Assembly: GCA_963666275.2 (NCBI GenBank)
Contig: CAXXOA010000002.1
Location: forward strand, 1,472,001 to 1,536,000
DNA from: Oceanispirochaeta sp.
GTDB taxonomy: Bacteria; Spirochaetota; Spirochaetia; DSM-2461
Length of the DNA: 64,000 nucleotides
Direction: 5' to 3'
The notes under the pieces were generated by a model that ran no database searches, was not told the DNA's origin, and worked only from the letters and a program-made list of their open reading frames with translations. Made by a program: the position numbers and the translations under genes. This document shows positions 1-6,865 of this stretch, piece after piece; position 1 is the first letter of the stretch, and every line of letters starts with the position of its first letter.

Positions 1-330
1 GACGATATCATCACATTCAACAGTCTGGGAGAAGACCAGATCCGGAGCATTGTCAGTCTGCTGATCGAGCATCTGGCAAAACTGCTTCAGGACAGAAAGA
101 TGACCCTGACCCTGACAGAAAAGGCATCCGCCTGGCTGGCCCATGAGGGGTACGATCCGGCTTTCGGAGCCCGCCCTCTGAGACGGGCTGTACAGAACCT
201 GGTTCAGAACCCCCTGTCCAAACTGCTCCTGGCCGGTGAGTTCATCGAGGGGGATCATATCCTCTGCGATCTGAATGAAGAAGGGACGGCTCTGAAGTTC
301 ACAAAAGGCCATTTCGGCTCCGCTCAATGA
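1..330 (+). CDS. clpB: Clp ATPase/chaperone ClpB, C-terminal end (5' truncated by window edge)
   Basis: Frame 1 is open from base 1: DDIITFNSL...EGYDPAFGARPLRRAVQ, the D2-small domain signature of ClpB/ClpC. The stop codon (328-330) lies inside the first repeat unit. Confidence 0.85.
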   Translation, partial: DDIITFNSLGEDQIRSIVSLLIEHLAKLLQDRKMTLTLTEKASAWLAHEGYDPAFGARPLRRAVQNLVQNPLSKLLLAGEFIEGDHILCDLNEEGTALKFTKGHFGSAQ

Positions 331-796
331 CCGTTGGTTCCAGGAGGATTAGTTTTTAAGAAGACAATTTTCGGCTCCGCTCAATGACCGTTGGTTCCAG
401 GAGGATTGGTTTTTAAGAAGACAATTTTCGGCTCCGCTCAATGACCGTTGGTTCCAGGGGGATTGGTTTTTAAGAAGACAATTTTCGGCTCCGCTCAATG
501 ACCGTTGGTTCCAGGAGGATTAGTTTTTAAGAAGACAATTTTCGGCTCCGCTCAATGACCGTTGGTTCCAGGGGGATTGGTTTTTAAGAAGACAATTTTC
601 GGCTCCGCTCAATGACCGTTGGTTCCAGGAGGATTGGTTTTTAAGAAGACAATTTTCGGCTCCGCTCAATGACCGTTGGTTCCAGGAGGATTAGTTTTTA
701 AGAAGACAATTTTCGGCTCCGCTCAATGACCGTTGGTTCCAGGGGGATTGGTTTTTAAGAAGACAATTTTCGGCTCCGCTCAATGACCGTTGGTTC
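312..796 (+). repeat. Tandem array of a 57-bp unit, 8 full copies plus 1 partial
   Basis: CGGCTCCGCTCAATGACC recurs at 315, 372, 429, 486, 543, 600, 657, 714 and 771 (period exactly 57). Units differ only at two A/G positions. Confidence 0.99.
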
Positions 797-798
797 TG

Positions 799-995
799 AA
801 CCCTCTCCCCTCGGTCCCCTCTCCCAAAGGGAGAAGGGAAGTATGAAAGTTTTTTTTATTGAGTCAAAATAGTTCTCGTAAAAATCAAAACTCCCGGTAC
901 GTACGATCACATTACCCCCTCGCCCTTTGGGCTGGTCGGAAGCAAGCTTCCTGCTCGCCTATGCAGCCGAAGGAGAGGGGCCGGGGGAGAGGGTT
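799..995. repeat. Pair of GC-rich palindromic (REP/MITE-like) elements in inverted orientation
   Basis: AACCCTCTCCCCTCGGTCCCCTCTCC (799-824) is an imperfect inverted repeat of GGAGAGGGGCCGGGGGAGAGGGTT (972-995). Each end also forms its own hairpin (815-839; about 915-980). Confidence 0.8.
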
Positions 996-1027
996 GCAAT
1001 GCCCTTCCGGTGAAATTAAACTCTTCC

Positions 1028-1165
1028 AATAAGTGGTAGCTGAACGGAGACGTAATCCTTGTATTGAGCGGAGTCGAAATGCCTGTATTGAGCGGAGTCG
1101 AAATGAATACCTGTATTTAAAAATAATGCTCAATAGAATAAGCGGTAGCTGAGCGGAGCCGAAGC
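1028..1165 (-). repeat. Four inverted copies of the array core motif (TGAGCGGAGYCGAA), including a 24-bp tandem duplication
   Basis: TGTATTGAGCGGAGTCGAAAT at 1060-1080 and 1084-1104. AATAAGYGGTAGCTGARCGGAG..CG at 1028-1055 and 1137-1164. The core is the reverse complement of TTCGGCTCCGCTCA in the 57-bp array. Confidence 0.9.
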
Positions 1166-2700
1166 TAGCGTCTCAGATAGGACAGGGCAGGGGGCAGAAC
1201 GATATTGTTTCCGAATTTGTCTTCGCCGTAACCGTTTTCCGCCAGGATCTCTATATCCTCCAGAACCCGTTTATCACCCCGGAATATAACTTTTGTATCG
1301 CTCACAATATCAATCTTACCCATGGCAAGATAGAGGGCAATTCCCCGTTTGGCAAATTCTCCGAGCGTTTCATTTTCCAGAGGAGTCAGATCTTCAAAGG
1401 AGAAGTTGTTGTCGTAAATCATGATTTTCTGCTTTTCCAGAAGGTCAAGGAAGACAATCCTCAGAATCTTCTTCATCAGAGGTGTATCATAGAGGGCGTT
1501 TATATCCTGGGCTATCAGCTTGTGTTTGACCAGGTGTTCCGCTACGCTCTGCCGTTTCACATGGTTGATCTCTTCGTTGGCACGAAAGAGCTCCAGAGGC
1601 ATGGCGGCGTTGTATTCATTGTTTCCCAGCGTCATTGTCACATCGCTTCCGTAATGGACAACAATCTTGGCTATCAGGGTGGAGGGCCTGACATGGAATC
1701 CCCTGTAGTTGGGTATGGGAACCTGAATCTCTCCCATTTCAGCATAGTGTTTGAGGATTTCCTTGCAGAGTTCCTGAGACACCAGGATATACTGTTCCGG
1801 GAAGGCTATAAAATACTTCATCAGATAGATCAGAAGGGATCGTTCATCGATGGGAAGAGTCAGGATCTCCTGCTCTTTCAGGTTCTGATTATGCCTTTCG
1901 TAGTAATGAATCAGTACGGTAGCGCTCTCCAGCAGATGGTACACCGCCGATATATGACCGCGGAGTATGGGCAGATTCTGATCCTGCTGGGCCACGTCGG
2001 ATCCGGAGAGGTAGGTATCATAGAGAGACTGGAGATTGTGGAACTTGTTTTCCAGTATCCTCAGTTTCTCTTCGCTTATCTCTTCGGGGATTGCCGAATC
2101 GTACTCATCTTCATTCAGTTTTTTATAAATTTTCAGCAGAAGGCTCTCTTCTGCCAGGTTCAGGAAGGATGTGGCCAGGTAGACGGCGGTTTTTCCGGGA
2201 GAGTCCGAGGTTTTTCTGATCTTGTCAGTCTGGACCCTGCCGATAAAGCTGTTCTCCCTGAAATGATAGTCTTCTATGGGAATAATCTCCGTATTCAGTC
2301 CCAGCAGTGTATTCAGCCTTGTAATTTCGGCTGAAGCATTGATCAATGCCTGGAAAATCATGGAAATTGTATCTTTTGTGGCTTCGGTGAAGTTTTCATC
2401 CACCTGTTTCAGATTGTACGAGGGAGCGGCGTTCTGAATGTGCAGGAGGGTATAACCTATCTCTGAGAAGGACTTGATGATCGCTGTAATTGTCCTCAGA
2501 GGGCTCCAGTGCTGATTATTCTGAACTCCATAGGCGTCGAGGAGTTCTTCGCATCTGGCTGCTTCCAAATTCAGTCGTCCCAACAGAGGTCTGCAGACAT
2601 CTTCCGCCTGGAAATTCCTGAGTCCGGAGGATATGGAAATCAGGTCTTGGAGATCCTCCCGGACAGAAGTTATAAAAGTTTTGTCATCTAGTGTTTGCAT
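1165..2700 (-). CDS. Large (511 aa) protein with a C-terminal HPr-like phosphocarrier domain
   Basis: IPNYRGFHVRPSTLIAK (His336) matches the HPr His15 motif GLHARP. Long helical N-terminal region. Confidence 0.75.
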   Translation of the reverse strand: MQTLDDKTFITSVREDLQDLISISSGLRNFQAEDVCRPLLGRLNLEAARCEELLDAYGVQNNQHWSPLRTITAIIKSFSEIGYTLLHIQNAAPSYNLKQVDENFTEATKDTISMIFQALINASAEITRLNTLLGLNTEIIPIEDYHFRENSFIGRVQTDKIRKTSDSPGKTAVYLATSFLNLAEESLLLKIYKKLNEDEYDSAIPEEISEEKLRILENKFHNLQSLYDTYLSGSDVAQQDQNLPILRGHISAVYHLLESATVLIHYYERHNQNLKEQEILTLPIDERSLLIYLMKYFIAFPEQYILVSQELCKEILKHYAEMGEIQVPIPNYRGFHVRPSTLIAKIVVHYGSDVTMTLGNNEYNAAMPLELFRANEEINHVKRQSVAEHLVKHKLIAQDINALYDTPLMKKILRIVFLDLLEKQKIMIYDNNFSFEDLTPLENETLGEFAKRGIALYLAMGKIDIVSDTKVIFRGDKRVLEDIEILAENGYGEDKFGNNIVLPPALSYLRR

Positions 2701-2803
2701 AAATCAATCTCAGAACCTGTTATTAATAATTAAAATAAAATGGCATCTTCTGCAATGGTTTTAGCGTTCTTTCTTTGTTTATGAGGCATATTTATTAAAA
2801 TAA

Positions 2804-3925
2804 TCATATTTCTTTGCTCAGGAGCCTGATTCTTGTAAAAATATAGTCCAGCGAGTCTTTCTTCAGAAGGGCTTTTCGCACCCAGGGGGCTTCGTCAAAA
2901 GGAACACTGCTCTTCTCATAGTGAAAGATTCCGGATCGGGGATTCCGGGATTCATACCAGGCTGTCAGAGCGATCTCTCTGCCTGTAATCTCTATTCCGG
3001 TTGCCCCGAAATTGTGAATGACAGTGCCCGAATTAAAAAGGCAGGGGAGTGACAGCGGGTCGTAAATGCTTCCGTGACTCTTGTAGTCCTCGTTGTCCAG
3101 AACATTCTGGAGGATCGCCGCTGTTGATCGTATGGCCTCCTCCAGTTCTCCCGATTCCTCCTTGTCTTTGATCTCCATGTAGTCTCTTATCATGCTGTCC
3201 AGGCGGAATTTCAGATACTCCTCTTCCGAATGCCCTTCAAACAGGGCTCTATGGGTATGTCCCGTTACAACCACAACACCCAGGGATTTGGCAAATTCGA
3301 AGATTCTCTGTTCCGCTTTCAGAGGTTTGCTGCTCAGAAAATCCCTTTTGATATTATTGATATGAAGGGGATGGGCAATAAAACGCAGTATCAGTTTGTT
3401 CAGTTTGTGTCTGAAAGGGGAACTGTAGAGCGAAGCCTGGTGGCCGTGGAGAATCAGGATCGTATCGCCGTGGTATTTCAGTTTCACAGCCGGTAGGATT
3501 CCGGAATTGACTGTCTTTTCAGTTTCGGATCTGCCCTGTTTCCAGTGGTGCTGGGCCCCGTGATCATGGTTTCCTATGATCTTGTACAGTCCCGGTCCTT
3601 CCTGGAAATCCATAAAAATCCGGTAGAGATCCTCCCAGGCATGACTGATTGTCCTCAGGCTGACCCTGTGGAGTTCCTCCACATCACCATTGAGAATCAG
3701 TTTGTATCCCCTGGGCAGATACCACTCCTTCAGGGCTTTCATTATGAGGGGTGCATTCTTTTTAAACTCATCCCGTCTTCGTCTTCCTCCGATATGAAAG
3801 TCACTGAAAATTATGTATTTGTCATCCTCTTTCAGTTCAAGTTCCGGAGCCGCATTGTAGGTTCTTTTCAGGTTTTCCTGTATGATAGAGCTGGTCAGTA
3901 TCGATTGAGTCCGCATATTTCCCAT
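2804..3925 (-). CDS. Calcineurin-like metallophosphoesterase
   Basis: Motifs SDFH, NGD, GNHD, HGH and GHTH in canonical order. Confidence 0.9.
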   Translation of the reverse strand: MGNMRTQSILTSSIIQENLKRTYNAAPELELKEDDKYIIFSDFHIGGRRRRDEFKKNAPLIMKALKEWYLPRGYKLILNGDVEELHRVSLRTISHAWEDLYRIFMDFQEGPGLYKIIGNHDHGAQHHWKQGRSETEKTVNSGILPAVKLKYHGDTILILHGHQASLYSSPFRHKLNKLILRFIAHPLHINNIKRDFLSSKPLKAEQRIFEFAKSLGVVVVTGHTHRALFEGHSEEEYLKFRLDSMIRDYMEIKDKEESGELEEAIRSTAAILQNVLDNEDYKSHGSIYDPLSLPCLFNSGTVIHNFGATGIEITGREIALTAWYESRNPRSGIFHYEKSSVPFDEAPWVRKALLKKDSLDYIFTRIRLLSKEI

Positions 3926-3976
3926 TATAAATGATCCGGTCCGTCTCTGCCATAAACTTATAAGCAGGAGTCCCCT

Positions 3977-4798
3977 ATGAATGATATAGATCCCTTGTAT
4001 AACAGAACCTACCCCGAAGAAAACCTCCTGTGGATTATTTTCTCTCCGGGAGAACGGAATACCATTGTTCCGAAAAACAGCATTGAGCCCCTGCTCTCTG
4101 ATCCGGAGGAAAGCCTTACTGAGGGACTGCTGCGGTCATTTCTTATCGGAGAGGGGCCGGAGGGGCAGAAAATCATCTGCGGTGAACTGCCCGAAACCCA
4201 TCCCCTGCCTGATTCTCTGGAGTGGATCTCTTTCCGGGACGTCTATACCGGAATGGACCGAACCTATCAGTACTCTGTCAGTCGGGCCAAACAGCTCCTG
4301 AACTGGGACAGAACCCATCAGTTCTGCGGTGTCTGCGGAACCCGGACGGATGTGAAAGAGGAAGAGCCCTGCCGTTACTGTCCCTCCTGCGGTGAAATGT
4401 TCTATCCCCGACTGGCTCCTGCCGTGATTGTCAGGATCACCCGGGGAAATACCATTCTGCTGGCCCACAACAAAAACTTCCCCGAAGGCCGTTACTCCCA
4501 TATTGCGGGGTTTGTAGAGGCCGGGGAGACCCTGGAACAGGCTGTCAGAAGGGAGATCCGGGAGGAAGTGGGACTGGAGGTGGAGAACATCCGGCTCTTC
4601 GGTTCCCAGCCCTGGCCCATGCCCTACTCTCTGATGATTGCGTTTACGGCTGAGTGCCCCGAAGGAGAGCCCGTTCCCGACGGTGTGGAGATCGAGGATG
4701 CCCGCTGGTTTACTGTGGATACCATACCCATGCCTCCCTCCAACGGCAGCATAGCCATGGTTATGCTTCAGGACTTTATAAACGGTAACCGGCCCTGA
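3977..4798 (+). CDS. nudC: NAD(+) diphosphatase / NAD-cap decapping Nudix hydrolase
   Basis: Zn finger FCGVCG...CPSCG, Nudix box GFVEAGETLEQAVRREIREEVG, SQPWP motif; RBS GCAGGAG upstream. Confidence 0.95.
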   Translation: MNDIDPLYNRTYPEENLLWIIFSPGERNTIVPKNSIEPLLSDPEESLTEGLLRSFLIGEGPEGQKIICGELPETHPLPDSLEWISFRDVYTGMDRTYQYSVSRAKQLLNWDRTHQFCGVCGTRTDVKEEEPCRYCPSCGEMFYPRLAPAVIVRITRGNTILLAHNKNFPEGRYSHIAGFVEAGETLEQAVRREIREEVGLEVENIRLFGSQPWPMPYSLMIAFTAECPEGEPVPDGVEIEDARWFTVDTIPMPPSNGSIAMVMLQDFINGNRP

Positions 4799-5453
4799 TA
4801 AAGGGAGCTACAATATGAATGTTTTTGCTGTTCACAGTCAGGAATTTATAGCTTAAACCGCTGTAGAGGCGGACCCTTCCCAGGGGAGGATAGACTGTTC
4901 CCGTTTCCACCACAAAAAGGGGTCCGTAGGGAGAATCCTTCTCCTGCCGGGTGTCAAAGAGGTCTTTGTTTGTGACGAGCGCTGTTCCCATGCCGACCCG
5001 GAAAAAACTGTCAAACAGTCTTTTCGAAGGTTTAGAGTAGGTCAGGTAGGTGTAGTACTGGAGCAGCGCGGTTCTGTTGCCCTCCATATTCCAGGGAGAC
5101 AGATAGTTATACTCCATAGAAATCCCCGCAGTCATATACCTGAGGACTTTCTTCCGGCTCCCCAGATCCATATCCATTCCGAGATTCATATTGATATAGC
5201 TGATATTCGTCCCCATATAGGTCACCGATACAGCGCCGGAATCCTGGGTTTTAAAATCATAGCTTAAGCCGGGAAAGTAGAGGGGCAGGGGATACTGGAA
5301 GGTAAACTCAACACCTGTCTTTTTATGCTCCTCCGCCAGGGCTCTCATCCTTTCGGTATCGGTAATCTCCTCTTCCTGGGCGTAAAGTCCCGCTGATGTC
5401 AGAATAAGGAGGAGCAGGATCCATTTGAACGTATGTTTTCCGGGATGTCTCAT
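4776..5453 (-). CDS. Secreted protein, probable small outer-membrane beta-barrel
   Basis: Signal peptide (..AGLYA-Q), alternating hydrophobic strands rich in G/Y/F, C-terminus AGYRL. Start overlaps the upstream stop (TAATG). Confidence 0.6.
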   Translation of the reverse strand: MRHPGKHTFKWILLLLILTSAGLYAQEEEITDTERMRALAEEHKKTGVEFTFQYPLPLYFPGLSYDFKTQDSGAVSVTYMGTNISYINMNLGMDMDLGSRKKVLRYMTAGISMEYNYLSPWNMEGNRTALLQYYTYLTYSKPSKRLFDSFFRVGMGTALVTNKDLFDTRQEKDSPYGPLFVVETGTVYPPLGRVRLYSGLSYKFLTVNSKNIHIVAPFIRAGYRL

Positions 5454-6865
5454 TAGAACCGGTAACCTCCCATCACCCAGGGATAGAGATTCCCCAGGGT
5501 GCCGCCAGTGTAGTAATTCTCTCTGTAGTCCAGGCCGAATTCCAGAAGGGCCCCGTTTTTATACTCCTTCAGAGCTCCCATGGAGAGGGTGAGTGCGGAA
5601 GAGAGCTCCCCCTGGAGGGATTCCCCGTCGCGTCTCACATTCAGGCTTGTCATGCCGAATCCGGCGGCGGGAATTATAAACCACTCTTTCAGCAGAGGGA
5701 TGGTATAGGTAAAATGGAGTCCCAGATAGGTCTGGTTGTAGTTGTAATCGGCATTTCTGTAGGGCATGCTGGTCCAGTCCATATCCAGTTCAAGTCCCAG
5801 GGGGCGCAGCCCGGGGATCCGCCAGAAGATCCTGTTTGCCAGGTCCTGACGGACTTTCAAGCCCAGTCCGATGGGTGTAACCCCGTATTCTCCGATATCC
5901 GAGCGGAGATTTATTGTAAAATCATACCCTCCCAGAATGGAGAACGAGTCCTCCCGGGGAACCTCCCGGATAACCTGGGTCAGAGGCGCTTCATCGATGA
6001 TAAAGGCCCTGTTTTCCACAGCCCTGCTTCCCGAAGGATCGGTCAGTTCCAGATCATACCGCCCGGGCCGGACATCTCCGGTAATCAGGGCAATCCTGAT
6101 TTCATCCTCCGAGAGCCACTGGACTTCATAGGGGATGATCAGCTGATCCTCCATAAAGATTCTGACGCTGATTCCCTCTCGGAACTCTTTTCCTCTGATG
6201 ATGATATCCGGATAGACCTGCTGCTGAACCAGCCTTTTTTCGCTGACCGAACGGATCTGGGGCTCCCAAACGGGAACTACCCTGAGGGTATTGATTTCGG
6301 AGATATCCGATAGGCCCGAAGAGTCTACAGCCTTGAGGGTGTAGGTGTCCGGAGCCAGATCCTTCAGGGGAAACTCAAGAACAACAGATTCCCTGTTCAG
6401 CTCTTTCAGCCTGCCGGGAGTTTCCTTTCCGCTGCTGTCGACCAGGAAAAACTCCGTATCCTCTCTCACCTGATAGACTTCGGCTTTAATGGTCAGTGAT
6501 TCCCCCTGGTTCTGATAAACCTGTTCGGGAGTGAAACGGCGGACCACAGGCTGGAAGGCTTCTCTTATGATAAGGGGTTTCCAGTCGGTCATGCTGACTG
6601 TTTTTTTAAACTTGTTCAGCACTACTATGGCAAACTCGTATTCCCCCGGGGGAAGGCTGAACGTGTATTCGGACTGGTTTATCTGCTCCCTGATGATCTC
6701 TTCCGAACCCTCCCGGATCAGCACTTCATAACCCCAGGCTCCGCTGACGGGAGCCCAGCTGAGTTTCTGTTCAATCAGGTTGTCCTTCTCTGTCTGGGCG
6801 CTCAGGGCTGTCAGTACATTGAGAAGTATGGCTGTTAAGAGAACAAATCTGAATCTATTGCACAT
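5453..6865 (-). CDS. Secreted protein with Fn3/IPT-like domains and probable C-terminal beta-barrel
   Basis: Signal peptide; LSWAPVSGAWGYEV (Fn3-like); PGRYDLELTDPSG (IPT-like); ends MGGYRF (terminal aromatic residue typical of BAM substrates). Confidence 0.65.
   Translation of the reverse strand: MCNRFRFVLLTAILLNVLTALSAQTEKDNLIEQKLSWAPVSGAWGYEVLIREGSEEIIREQINQSEYTFSLPPGEYEFAIVVLNKFKKTVSMTDWKPLIIREAFQPVVRRFTPEQVYQNQGESLTIKAEVYQVREDTEFFLVDSSGKETPGRLKELNRESVVLEFPLKDLAPDTYTLKAVDSSGLSDISEINTLRVVPVWEPQIRSVSEKRLVQQQVYPDIIIRGKEFREGISVRIFMEDQLIIPYEVQWLSEDEIRIALITGDVRPGRYDLELTDPSGSRAVENRAFIIDEAPLTQVIREVPREDSFSILGGYDFTINLRSDIGEYGVTPIGLGLKVRQDLANRIFWRIPGLRPLGLELDMDWTSMPYRNADYNYNQTYLGLHFTYTIPLLKEWFIIPAAGFGMTSLNVRRDGESLQGELSSALTLSMGALKEYKNGALLEFGLDYRENYYTGGTLGNLYPWVMGGYRF

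Noticed and set aside
328..786. Genome-wide UGA reassignment (code 4/25) or a clear selenoprotein
   Set aside because: nusG, rplD and rpsC end in TGA at expected lengths, and no convincing SECIS hairpin follows the array UGAs.
312..796. CRISPR array
   Set aside because: The period is regular but there are no unique spacers: whole units are identical except at two A/G sites. No cas genes are in the window.
912..1133. 73-aa ORF with FRLRSIQ repeats
   Set aside because: It is a translation of the repeat motifs, with no independent evidence of coding.
4776..4798. Convergent 3' overlaps (nudC with the barrel gene; also tlyA with GerMN at 60134-60149)
   Set aside because: Short tail-to-tail overlaps are common in compact genomes.
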